A model generated the notes under the pieces. The model was not told the DNA's origin. It did no database searches and worked only from the letters and a program-made list of their open reading frames with translations. A program made the translations under genes and the position numbers. A stretch of 64,000 nt of DNA from Verrucomicrobiales bacterium. GTDB taxonomy: Bacteria > Verrucomicrobiota > Verrucomicrobiia > Verrucomicrobiales > DEV007. Below, in pieces: positions 52,200 through 61,627 of the stretch (positions are counted from its first letter, which is position 1; each line of letters begins with the position of its first letter). Location of the stretch: assembly GCA_037969585.1 (NCBI GenBank), contig JBBKXR010000163.1, positions 17,553 to 81,552 of the forward strand, read 5' to 3'.

Positions 52200-53687
52200 T
52201 CAGAAGCTGTCGAGGAACTTGGAGGCGTGGTTCAAGTGCGTATTCAGCTTCTCGGAATCCATTCGATCGAGCTGGCGTGCCATCATCGCCATACGTGGTT
52301 GGCTGATAAAGAATTCGCGATTCCAGTCGATGAAGCTCCAAAAAAGTCCGTCCCAGACCTGACACCAATCGCCCTTCGGGAAATCGCTCATCTTTCGAAT
52401 GTAGTTTGAGCCCGAAATGTAAGGCTTGGTGGTGAATGAACCGCCATCGGCGAACTGGCTCATCGCGTAGACGTTCGGCACCATGACCCAGTCGTAAGCA
52501 TCGATGTACATTTCCATGAACCAGCGATAGACGGCATCGGGATGGATGCGGCAGAGGAGCATAAAATTTCCCAGCACCATCAGCCGTTCGATGTGGTGAT
52601 TGTAGGACTGGTCGAGCACGGAGCGAATCGCATGATCGACGGGTTCGATCCCGGTATCGCCGGTGTAAAATGCCTTGGGCATTTCGCGTTCGTGTTCCCA
52701 GAAGTTTCCGTTGCGCAATGTTACCCCCTCGCGGGCATACATGAACCGCATGAATTCGCGCCAGCCGATAATCTGTCGAATGAAGCCTTCGAGAGAATTG
52801 ATGGGCACATCGTTCTGCTGAGCATGATCGAGTGTCGCATCAATGATTTGTCGGGGTGTCAGGAGTCCGATGTTGAGCATCGGGGTGAGCACACTGTGGT
52901 AGATGATGCTGTGTTCCCGGCTGATGGCGTCTTCGTAGTCCCCAAACCGACCGAGCTTTTCTTCAAGAAAATCGGCTAACCAGTCCTCGGCAGCCTGGTG
53001 GGTGATCGGGTAAATAAAGTGTTCGGTGCGTCCCGGATTATCGGGAAATGTTCCCGTCACCCAGTCGGTGGCGGCTTTTAGCTCGGTCTGTGGCGAGGTG
53101 GTCTGGTTCGGCGGAAAAGGGACGGACGCATTCTTCGGCAATTTCTTTCGATTTTCGGTATCGAAGCTCCATTTGCCGCCCATCGGTCCGCCGTCTGAAT
53201 CGATCAGGATTTCCATGCGTTTGCGCTGTGCCGTGTAGAACGAAGCCATATGCGGCTTCTTCTGATCGTCAAAGAAGGCGTTGGCCCAGTCGCAAGGGGT
53301 GAGAAACTGGGGCGTGTCGAGCAGCGTCAGCTTGAGGTCGCGCTGACCGGCAAGTGCACGCAGGCGTTTTTCCAGGATGAAATCGACAGGGTCACAGACG
53401 ATCAGGTGATCGCAATTTTTCCGAATGATAGGCTTCAGCTGATCCTTGAGGGGCGTCCCGGGCTGATACTTGATGTGGCGCACATCGTAACCCTGATCTC
53501 TCAGTCGCTCTGCGTAACAGAGCATCGAGGCACGGTGCAAGATCAGCTTTTTCCTGTGAAAGTCAGCGGGGTGATGCGGGTCTCCGAAGAACAGCGAATC
53601 CTCAATCAAAAGAATCTCGCGGTCGCGTTCCAGTCCAGGATGATTCGCAAACAATTGGTGCGGAAAGATCAGCAGTGTCGTAGCCAT
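52200..53687 (-). CDS. Cryptochrome/photolyase-related protein (COG3046-type)
   Basis: N-terminus TLLIFPHQLFANHP...LIEDSLFF...FHRKKLILHRASM, FAD-region-like HSVLTPMLNIGLLTPRQI, GWREFMRFMY, HHIERLMVLGNF and KPYISGSNYIRKMSD are typical of the photolyase-related family. Confidence 0.8.
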   Translation of the reverse strand: MATTLLIFPHQLFANHPGLERDREILLIEDSLFFGDPHHPADFHRKKLILHRASMLCYAERLRDQGYDVRHIKYQPGTPLKDQLKPIIRKNCDHLIVCDPVDFILEKRLRALAGQRDLKLTLLDTPQFLTPCDWANAFFDDQKKPHMASFYTAQRKRMEILIDSDGGPMGGKWSFDTENRKKLPKNASVPFPPNQTTSPQTELKAATDWVTGTFPDNPGRTEHFIYPITHQAAEDWLADFLEEKLGRFGDYEDAISREHSIIYHSVLTPMLNIGLLTPRQIIDATLDHAQQNDVPINSLEGFIRQIIGWREFMRFMYAREGVTLRNGNFWEHEREMPKAFYTGDTGIEPVDHAIRSVLDQSYNHHIERLMVLGNFMLLCRIHPDAVYRWFMEMYIDAYDWVMVPNVYAMSQFADGGSFTTKPYISGSNYIRKMSDFPKGDWCQVWDGLFWSFIDWNREFFISQPRMAMMARQLDRMDSEKLNTHLNHASKFLDSF

Positions 53688-53704
53688 TTTTTTGGAGAGC
53701 CGAT

Positions 53705-54427
53705 TTAAAAAAGCTTCACTGAAGACAGGCCGCCGTCGAGCTTGAGCACTTGGCCGGTCATAAATGCGGCGTGGTCCTGGAGGAGGAAATTGACCGCTTC
53801 AGCGACATCATTAGGATCTCCAACTTGGCGCAGAGGGTGGCGCTGGCGGGCTGCGTCGAGCTTTGTGCCGGAGTCGAGTAGGCGACCGGCGAGTGGGGTA
53901 TCGGTCAGGGAAAGGGCGATGACATTGACGCGAATTTTTGGCGCGAACTCGGCGGCGAGCGACCTCGCCAAACCTTCGACGGCACCTTTGGCCGAAGCGA
54001 TGCTGGCGTGGAAAGACATCCCGGTTTGCACGGCAACGGTGCTGAACAAAACGATACCGGGCGATTCCGACGCTGATTTTTTCAATGCGGGTAAAGCCTG
54101 TCGAATCACGCGCACGGCACCGAGCAGGTTGACCTGGAAATCGAGCAAAAAATCTTCATCACTCAGTTGTCCGAACGGTTTGAGATTGATCGTGCCTGGA
54201 GCGTAGACCAATCCGTCGAGTGTATCGGGAAGGTCGAGGTTCGCTGTGTCGTCGGTGGCGTCGAAGGCTTGGGCGCTGACGTTAGGGCTGGTGGCGACGG
54301 CATCGGGGCGTCGGGCTGCACAGATCACTTTGTGGCCTTCAGTGTCCAATTTGGCGACGGTGGCGGCAGCGATACCCGTGTTGCCTCCAGCGACCAGAAA
54401 CGTGCGAGCAGTGGGGGATATTTGCAT
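53705..54427 (-). CDS. Atypical SDR-fold protein lacking the catalytic Tyr
   Basis: FLVAGGNTGIAAA (Rossmann), LVYAPG and LFSTVA are present, but IASAK replaces YxxxK. Lies 17 nt upstream of the photolyase-related gene. Confidence 0.8.
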   Translation of the reverse strand: MQISPTARTFLVAGGNTGIAAATVAKLDTEGHKVICAARRPDAVATSPNVSAQAFDATDDTANLDLPDTLDGLVYAPGTINLKPFGQLSDEDFLLDFQVNLLGAVRVIRQALPALKKSASESPGIVLFSTVAVQTGMSFHASIASAKGAVEGLARSLAAEFAPKIRVNVIALSLTDTPLAGRLLDSGTKLDAARQRHPLRQVGDPNDVAEAVNFLLQDHAAFMTGQVLKLDGGLSSVKLF

Positions 54428-54507
54428 CGCAGTCCGTTACGTGTGGCGGACACATTTGGGAGTGAAAAACTCCGAGCCACAGCACAAAAGTAAACGGATG
54501 AATTTTT

Positions 54508-57500
54508 CTACGGCTCTTGCAGAAAGCCGATCAAATCGCGGACGTCGTCGGGGGAGAGTGGTGCGAGCAGGCCTTCGGGCATCAGTGAAACGTCGAGTGT
54601 TTCAAGCTTGGCGATGTCTTTTTCGTCGATGGCGACTTCTCCGGTGAGGGTGCGCAGGGTGACGGTGTATTCGTTGCGGCTGGCGATGTTGCCGCTGAGC
54701 ACGCTATCGTCGTTGCAGGTGATGACGGTCATGCGGAAGTCCTGCGGCAAAGTGGCGCCGGGATCGATGATGTTTTCGAGCAGGTAGTAGACGTCGGATC
54801 GGTTGGCGCCGGTCAGCTCGGGGCCGACACTGCCGCCTTTGCCGTGCAAGTTGTGACAGGCGGAGCAGAGCTGGGTAAATTTGATCTCGCCGTTGGCGAG
54901 GTCGGCCGTGGCGAGCACGTCGGGGGTGAGCTGGTCCTGCCACTTTTTGATCTCGGTCTTCTTCTCTGCCGAACTGCTGGCCATTTTCCCCCAGACTTTG
55001 GAGACTCGGCTATTCAACTCGTCATCCTTCAGTGTCTGGATTTGACGAACGTGATAGGCGGATACCGCGTTGCGAGGGATCGCCTTGGCTTCGAGGGCGT
55101 CGAGCAAATGAGTGGCGAACTTCTTGTTACCGACGAGGGCGTTGATGATCAGTGGCTGAGACTCCGGCGGCAGGCTGGGGTATTTGGTGACGAGCGCTTC
55201 GACCACCGGAGTTTTGTTGATTTGGCCCAGCACCGGGATGGCGGCGGCGGCGAGTTTCGGATCGTCGAGAAGGGGAAGCAGTTGCTCTTCGATGCCGGGA
55301 AGTTTGATCTCGGTGAGAAGGTCGAGAGCGAGTTGCTTGTCCTCGATAGAGCCGCTGGCGAGCAGTGCGTTAAAGCGGTTTCGGCTGTCACTTTCGTTGA
55401 AGGAAAGTTGAATGCTGAGGGCGAGAGCACGCAGGTCGGGATGAGCGAAGGCGTCTTCGAATACCTGCGGCCAACCATCGGGAGCCGTCAGGTCTTTGCG
55501 GCCACTGATGCCGGCGGCGAAACCGGTGAGGATGGTTTCCGACAGCGCTTCGTTATCGCTTTCGGCGAGGATCGTGATCAGCGGTGCGAAGACTTCGTTT
55601 TCGGAGAGGTTTTGCGCGAGGTTTTTGCTGAACAGGAGGCAGGTATCACCGGCGGAGCGAAGGATGGCGAGGGATTGGTCGGGGGAAGCAGCGGCGAGGT
55701 CCTTGATTTTATAGTAGGTGAGGAGTTGTAGCACTTCGCTTTGGGCAGTGATCGGATTACGGAGAATTGGTTGAATTATTTGCCACTTTATCTCGTCGTC
55801 GGCGACTGGAATTCTGGAGGAAAGCGTGAGTTGTAAGAGCGACGCTGCTTTCGTGGTTTCATAAATGCTCTCAATGCCCAGGCTACCATCGAATATTTCA
55901 GGCTGATTGAACACAAGCGGGTCTGCCGTTTCATTGACTGCGTAGTCGGTGATCATAAGCCGACCGAAGTGGCGGTCGTTTTTTTCCTGGTCGCCTTTGG
56001 CAAGGTCGTCGGAGTCCGGCAGTGAATCCCAGTGGCGACCACTCTGCGCCGCGAATTTCTTTTGCGCAGTTTCGTCGTTTGCGAGGCGTTCCAGTAAAAT
56101 CCAGCGCGCCGTTCTCGTGAACCATTCGTTGTCGTGACCGTGGAGTGCCAGGAGTTCTTCATTCGTCATCTCCCACAAATTCTCATCCATCGGCGGGCTC
56201 GGCTCGCCGTAGATGATCTTGTAGATCCTTCCTGAAGTTCGATGCACGCCGTCGCGATCATGGCATTCACCGAGGTCGGTCCAGTCGCTGAGGTAGACGT
56301 CGCCGTCGGGGCCGTAGAGGAGCTCCACGCCGCGAAACCAGAGATTGTTGGCGTGCAAAAAATCGTCTTCGTGGCGGCCGACGTAGGTTGCGCCTTCGGG
56401 ATCGAGACGGTCGACATTGACGCGACGGCCGTGGGTGTTGAACATGAACATTTTGTCGCGGTATTTATCGGGCCACTTGCCGCCGAGGTAGATCATGCCG
56501 CCGCAGTGTGAGTGGCCGCCGCCGAGTTCGCCGTGCACGCCTTTGCCGTCGCGAGTCTTGGTCCAGTCGTCGGTGCCGCCCGCATGGTGCAGGTGGTCGC
56601 AGCACATCGGCATACGATCGTAGACGAATTTGGCAAACGGATCGGCGCGATTGCCCATGCGCGGGTAATAGGCACCGGGAATGGCGTGCCAGAGGTGGCC
56701 GTTGACGTTGTTGGTGAAGAACATGTCGCCGGCTGAATTCCAGTCGAGCCCCCAGGGATTGGTGGTGCCGCGGCAGACGACTTCGAACTTTTTGGTGACC
56801 GGATGGTAGCGCCAGATCGCGCAGTCGAGCCCGATGCGCTTGTCGTCGGGCGTGCCGGGAGCGCCGACATTGCTCGGAGCGGTGATGCCGTGGCGGCCAT
56901 AGAGCCATCCGTCGATGCCCCAGGTGAGGCCGTTAAAGAAATTGTGCCCGGCTTTGGTGGTCCAACCGTCGAGAATGACTTCGGGTGTACCGTCGCCATC
57001 GGGCAAGTCGTCGCGATTCTTGTCGGGGTAGTAGAGCAGGTTAGGTGACGAACAAACCCACACGCCTCCCCAACCAACGGTCATGCCCGAGAGGTGATCG
57101 ATGCCGCTGGCAAATACTTTGCGGCTGTCGTGAACGCCGTCGTTGTCGGTGTCTTCGAAAATCAGGATGCGGTCTTCGCCTTTTTCCTGCCACTCCTGGT
57201 AGGAATACGATTCGGCGACCCACAGGCGGCCACGGTCGTCGATGGCCATGGCGACCGGTTGACGAACGTCGGGTTCGCCGGCAAAGAGCGTCACCTGAAA
57301 TCTCTCGGGAACGGTGATCGCGGCGGCGGCTTCGGCGGGCGAAGGGGGTTCCTCGTCAGGCGCTTGGGTATTGCGTGGCTGGTAGTCTTCAGCGGCGGCG
57401 TTGGCTACCGTCATGGCGGTAACAGCGAGGGACGTTAGAGCCAGGGCGAGAGTTGTGAGAAAGCGTGGTTTCACTGGGAGAGGCAAGGAGGGACCACACT

Positions 57501-57555
57501 CTTGGGGTCCGCAGTGGATGGGGAAATGTTCGGCATCGGCAAGGCAAGGGACCAC
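54508..57555 (-). CDS. Large exported beta-propeller (membrane-bound-dehydrogenase-like) / HEAT-repeat / C-terminal CxxCH heme-binding protein (PVC type)
   Basis: N-terminal region PVAMAIDDRGRLWVAES...GGVWV...WGLDWNSAGDMFFTNN (propeller), a long helical-repeat middle section and a C-terminal FTQLCSACHNLHGKGGSVGPEL (c-type heme motif) are present. The signal peptide fits best if the start is GTG 57474 (VKPRFLTTLALALTSLAVTAMTVANAAA). Start uncertain. Confidence 0.85.
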   Translation of the reverse strand: MVPCLADAEHFPIHCGPQECGPSLPLPVKPRFLTTLALALTSLAVTAMTVANAAAEDYQPRNTQAPDEEPPSPAEAAAAITVPERFQVTLFAGEPDVRQPVAMAIDDRGRLWVAESYSYQEWQEKGEDRILIFEDTDNDGVHDSRKVFASGIDHLSGMTVGWGGVWVCSSPNLLYYPDKNRDDLPDGDGTPEVILDGWTTKAGHNFFNGLTWGIDGWLYGRHGITAPSNVGAPGTPDDKRIGLDCAIWRYHPVTKKFEVVCRGTTNPWGLDWNSAGDMFFTNNVNGHLWHAIPGAYYPRMGNRADPFAKFVYDRMPMCCDHLHHAGGTDDWTKTRDGKGVHGELGGGHSHCGGMIYLGGKWPDKYRDKMFMFNTHGRRVNVDRLDPEGATYVGRHEDDFLHANNLWFRGVELLYGPDGDVYLSDWTDLGECHDRDGVHRTSGRIYKIIYGEPSPPMDENLWEMTNEELLALHGHDNEWFTRTARWILLERLANDETAQKKFAAQSGRHWDSLPDSDDLAKGDQEKNDRHFGRLMITDYAVNETADPLVFNQPEIFDGSLGIESIYETTKAASLLQLTLSSRIPVADDEIKWQIIQPILRNPITAQSEVLQLLTYYKIKDLAAASPDQSLAILRSAGDTCLLFSKNLAQNLSENEVFAPLITILAESDNEALSETILTGFAAGISGRKDLTAPDGWPQVFEDAFAHPDLRALALSIQLSFNESDSRNRFNALLASGSIEDKQLALDLLTEIKLPGIEEQLLPLLDDPKLAAAAIPVLGQINKTPVVEALVTKYPSLPPESQPLIINALVGNKKFATHLLDALEAKAIPRNAVSAYHVRQIQTLKDDELNSRVSKVWGKMASSSAEKKTEIKKWQDQLTPDVLATADLANGEIKFTQLCSACHNLHGKGGSVGPELTGANRSDVYYLLENIIDPGATLPQDFRMTVITCNDDSVLSGNIASRNEYTVTLRTLTGEVAIDEKDIAKLETLDVSLMPEGLLAPLSPDDVRDLIGFLQEP

Positions 57556-57595
57556 CAGGAGTGTCGTTCTTCCTTGGGTTGTGGCTGAGGGTCAA

Positions 57596-58525
57596 CTAAT
57601 TACCGGCAGCGCGGAAATTTTTCTGATGAAACTGCATCAACTCTTCGCCGCGGGTTTTATAGAAGGTGATGGCGCTGTGCGGAGCGTCTTTGCAGACAAT
57701 GATGTTGTGCTCGATGCCGAGTTCGGTGAGGTAGGCATCGAACTTGAGATTGTATTCGTAGTTGAAGCATTTGTTGCCGACCCAGAGCATGATCGGCAAC
57801 TCGGGGCGGTTCTTGCGGTCAGCAAAATCCTGAGCCAAGTCCCAGGCGTTGTATCCGGGGGCAAAGACGACCCTATCGCTTTCCGCACCTTCATTCTCCT
57901 GGATATGCTTCTCGGGCTCGTAGCCTGATCCGCCAGGAGCCGCGGAGCCGAAAAGCTCAGGGTGTTTGAACATGATGCGAGTCGTGCCGCGTCCGCCCTG
58001 GGAAAAGCCTTCGATCGCGCGACCGGCACGCGTGGCGATGGTGCGATAAGTGGCGTCGATGTGTGGGATGGTCTCCTTGATGAATACGTCTTCTCCGGAG
58101 GCGTTGTCGATCTGCGGGTAATTGTACCAGCTCATCGGACCGCCATTGGGGAAAACGTAAATTGTTGGTTCGATCGTACCGGCCTTGGTGGCGGTGTCGA
58201 CGAAGGTGGCGACGGTGATGCTTTTGCCTTCGCCTCCTGGGCGACCGCCGTGCAGGTAGTAGACGACCGGGTAGCGCTTTTCGGCGTTGGCAGAATCGTC
58301 ATAGCCGGGAGGAAGGTAAATGTAGTAACCGATGTCCAGATCCATCGACTGGCTGCGGAAAGTGCCGTGTTTGACGGGGATGGAATCGGGCAATTTTTTG
58401 ACTGGGCTGACCCACGAGAAAGGGGCGGACTTCTTGTTGGTCTTTTCGTCCTGAGCGTAGCCTGAGGCTATGCTGGCGATGAGGGCGAGCGCGAGGAGTA
58501 GCTTGAAAGATGAGCGGATATTCAC
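57596..58525 (-). CDS. Exported esterase (esterase-D / 'putative esterase' alpha/beta hydrolase family)
   Basis: Signal peptide MNIRSSFKLLLALALIASIASGYAQ, YPVVYYLHGG and nucleophile elbow GFSQGGRG are present. Confidence 0.8.
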   Translation of the reverse strand: MNIRSSFKLLLALALIASIASGYAQDEKTNKKSAPFSWVSPVKKLPDSIPVKHGTFRSQSMDLDIGYYIYLPPGYDDSANAEKRYPVVYYLHGGRPGGEGKSITVATFVDTATKAGTIEPTIYVFPNGGPMSWYNYPQIDNASGEDVFIKETIPHIDATYRTIATRAGRAIEGFSQGGRGTTRIMFKHPELFGSAAPGGSGYEPEKHIQENEGAESDRVVFAPGYNAWDLAQDFADRKNRPELPIMLWVGNKCFNYEYNLKFDAYLTELGIEHNIIVCKDAPHSAITFYKTRGEELMQFHQKNFRAAGN

Positions 58526-58817
58526 GCGCGCAGTTTGAATGGCGTGCGGGCTGGTGGCAAGCCGGTAGGCTGGCGGGAGTGTGTCGAAAGCATGTGGGGC
58601 GGCGGCGTGATAGAACGAAATTGCGATTTTGTTTGTCGATGTGGTGGCGGCGTGGAGAGGTCGCTCGATGACCGGCTGACGGAACGAATTTGGAAAATCG
58701 TTTAACGCTTTTGGTCAGGCCGAATAGCGGGACGGGCATCAGACTGACGGCTCGGCCACGGGGACCGCTGGGACGCCGGTATCACGTTCTCGTCCAGTCC
58801 CTACTGGGAAACGGGCC

Positions 58818-60092
58818 CTACGACTTGCGCAGTCGACAGGCGTAGGCGCCGTCGAAGCCGTCGCGCCAGGGGAGGCTGTCGATGCTCGCTTCGCGATTCA
58901 AGTCGGGATGGCGGGCGAGCAGTTGCTCGATCAGTTGTTCGTTCTCGACGGCGTCGATCGAGCAGGTGCTGTAGATCAGTCGGCCGCCAGATTTTAGGAA
59001 AGGCAGGGTCGCTTCGACAATGCTGAGTTGTGTCTCGGCTTGTGCATTGAACTCACCGGGGTTGATGCGCCAGCGAACGTCGGCGCGTCGGCGCATGACG
59101 CCAGTGTTGGAACAAGGGACGTCGAGCAGGATGGCATCGAAGGTCTTGTCGCCGAGGGTATCGGTGGGAATGCCTTCGAGCCAGTCGAGATCGTGCACGG
59201 TGACGCATTCCTGAGCACGCAGGCGCTGAAGATTTTCGTTAAGTCGTTCGAGCCGGGCCTCGCCCCGATCGATGGCGGTGACGCGGGCGCCGGATGCTGC
59301 GATCAATGATGCTTTCCCGCCCGGAGCGGCGCAGGCATCGAGAATTTCTTCACCAGCTTGTGCGTCGAGCAGTTGGCAGGAGAGGCGGGTCGAAGGATCC
59401 TGAAGGTAAATCCAACCGCGCTGCAGCCACTCCTTCGGAACGGGGCCTTCGATTTGGAAAAAATCCGGGTCATCTTTCAGCGCGGTGGTGCGTTCGTGCT
59501 CGGAGATTGATCTTCGGATATCGCCATCTTTGTCTTCAACGAGGTGATTGATGCGCAAATAGACGGGCGGTGTCTGATTGTTCCAGGCGCAAAGTTTGCC
59601 AGCGATTTCCGCGCCGAAGGTTTTCGTCCAGCGATCGACGAGAAAATCTGGATGTGATTCGCGGATCGCCAGCGATTGGCCGGCGATGTGTTCGAGCAGT
59701 TGTTCACGTTTTCGATCCGCGTTGCGCAGCACGCCGTTGATCACGGATCGGTCGCTCCGATCACGGGCGAGATTGACGGTCTCGTGCACGGCGGCATGAG
59801 CGGGCATGCGGGTATCGAACAACTGATAGAGTCCGAGGCGCAACAGATTACGATTTTCATGGCTGAGCTTGCCGCGGCGCATGAAATTGACCATCGAGTC
59901 GAGTCGCGAGAGCCCGCGCACGACGCCGTAGAAAAGCTGTTGGAGCAGGGCGTGATCGATGGGGTTGAGCTCGTGTTTGCGGCTCAGGCTGCTGAGGATG
60001 TCATCGCAGTGGCGATGGCCGTTTTCCCAAGTTCGAAGTGCCTGCTGGGCGATCCGGCGCGGGTTGGCTGAGCGGCCGGATGCGCCACTCAT
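58818..60092 (-). CDS. rsmB: 16S rRNA (cytosine967-C5)-methyltransferase
   Basis: NusB-like N-terminal domain, SAM motif LDACAAPGGKAS, catalytic DVPCSNTG and YSTCS are present. The start overlaps the ugd stop (ATGA). Confidence 0.88.
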   Translation of the reverse strand: MSGASGRSANPRRIAQQALRTWENGHRHCDDILSSLSRKHELNPIDHALLQQLFYGVVRGLSRLDSMVNFMRRGKLSHENRNLLRLGLYQLFDTRMPAHAAVHETVNLARDRSDRSVINGVLRNADRKREQLLEHIAGQSLAIRESHPDFLVDRWTKTFGAEIAGKLCAWNNQTPPVYLRINHLVEDKDGDIRRSISEHERTTALKDDPDFFQIEGPVPKEWLQRGWIYLQDPSTRLSCQLLDAQAGEEILDACAAPGGKASLIAASGARVTAIDRGEARLERLNENLQRLRAQECVTVHDLDWLEGIPTDTLGDKTFDAILLDVPCSNTGVMRRRADVRWRINPGEFNAQAETQLSIVEATLPFLKSGGRLIYSTCSIDAVENEQLIEQLLARHPDLNREASIDSLPWRDGFDGAYACRLRKS

Positions 60093-61411
60093 GAGTTTGC
60101 CGGTGGCTGGGCGGAATTGGATCGGCCGATGCCGTGATACTCAAAGCCGAGTTTTCTGGTCGAATCAGGATCGAGTAAGTTACGTCCGTCGAAAATCAGT
60201 GGAGCGACCATCTTGTCGCGCAGTTCGGCGAGGTCGACGCTGGCGAACTCGGGCCACTCGGTGGCGATGACCAGAGCTTCAGCTCCTACAGTAGCAGCGC
60301 TGGCCGATTCGGCGAAGGTGAGCTTTTCAGCGATCGGCAGCTCGCGGGCTTTGTCCATGGCCTTAGGATCGTAAACGATGACCTCGGCACCTTCCGCGAC
60401 CAGTGCCTCGACCAGTGACAGTGCGACTGAACTGCGCAGGTCATCGGTGTTGGGTTTGAAAGACAGCCCCCAGACGGCGATCTTTTTCTCCGACAGCACC
60501 CACAGCGCTTCGCGGATTTTTTTGATGAATCGGTCGAGCTGATCGCGGTTGATGCGCTCGACTTCCTTGAGCAGGCCGAACGGAGTGCCGAGTTGTTCGG
60601 CGATGGTGATGAAGGCGGCGATGTCTTTGGGAAAACAGGAGCCGCCGTAGCCGAGTCCAGCGTTGAGGAAGTCGCGCCCGATGCGCTTGTCCATGCCGAT
60701 GCCGTCGACAACTTTTTCGATGTCGGCACCGGAAGCTTCGCAGATTGCGGACAGGGCATTCGCGTAGGAAATTTTCAACGCCAGGAATGAGTTGGCGGCG
60801 TGCTTGATAAGTTCGGCACTGTTGATGTCGGTAACGAGGACCGGAGCGACGAAGGGTTCGTAAATTTTCTGCATGCGCTGCAGGGCGCGCTCGCTGTTGG
60901 CACCGATGACGATGCGGTCGGGGTGAAGCAGGTCGTCGACTGCGCAGCCTTCGCGCAGGAATTCCGGATTGCTGACCACGTCGAAATCAGCGTCCGGGGC
61001 GTAACGCTTGATGGTCTCGGCGACCTTCTCGCCGGTTTTTACGGGGACTGTACTTTTGTCGACGATGACCTTGTAGGCATCGATGGCAGGCGCGATTTCG
61101 CGGGCAACTTTTTCGATGTAACTGAGATCGACTGAGCCGTCGTCGTTGGGGGGCGTCGGCACAGCGATGAATATCACGTCGCCAAAGCTGACACCTTCGG
61201 CAGTGTTGCTGGTGAAGCGTAGTTTGCCTGACGCTACGTTGCGCACGACCACCTCTTCGAGGCCGGGCTCGTAGATGGGGATCTTGCCCTCAAGCAGGGT
61301 GCGAATCTTTTCCTCGTTGTTGTCGACGCAGAGAACTTCGTGACCGACTTCAGCAAAGCAGGCGCCGGTGGTGAGTCCGACGTATCCGGAGCCGATAATG
61401 GAGAGCTTCAT
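60089..61411 (-). CDS. ugd: UDP-glucose 6-dehydrogenase
   Basis: MKLSIIGSGYVGLTTGACFA and GYGGSCFPKD (catalytic Cys) are present. The 440-aa length is typical. Confidence 0.93.
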   Translation of the reverse strand: MKLSIIGSGYVGLTTGACFAEVGHEVLCVDNNEEKIRTLLEGKIPIYEPGLEEVVVRNVASGKLRFTSNTAEGVSFGDVIFIAVPTPPNDDGSVDLSYIEKVAREIAPAIDAYKVIVDKSTVPVKTGEKVAETIKRYAPDADFDVVSNPEFLREGCAVDDLLHPDRIVIGANSERALQRMQKIYEPFVAPVLVTDINSAELIKHAANSFLALKISYANALSAICEASGADIEKVVDGIGMDKRIGRDFLNAGLGYGGSCFPKDIAAFITIAEQLGTPFGLLKEVERINRDQLDRFIKKIREALWVLSEKKIAVWGLSFKPNTDDLRSSVALSLVEALVAEGAEVIVYDPKAMDKARELPIAEKLTFAESASAATVGAEALVIATEWPEFASVDLAELRDKMVAPLIFDGRNLLDPDSTRKLGFEYHGIGRSNSAQPPANS

Positions 61412-61627
61412 AGTAGAGAATAGACGGTAATCGATGGGGCTGGCTTTGCTTGCTTGAGGAAAAGTGGACCTGCTGATCCTGTGCCCGCCAATATAGGCAG
61501 GTCTGGTGTTTCGCCAGTGAAATCCTGCCGCGTAGAATACAGCGCAGGTTCGGCGATAAGTCGGGAACGTGGGCCAATGAAAAAGCGGTCGCTGGAATTA
61601 CCAGTGATGGCTCTTTGATCGACGAGC

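Noticed and set aside
58299-58739. 146-aa ORF partly filling the rsmB-esterase gap
   Set aside because: It is Arg/Pro/His-rich, overlaps the 5' end of the esterase gene out of frame and has no motifs.
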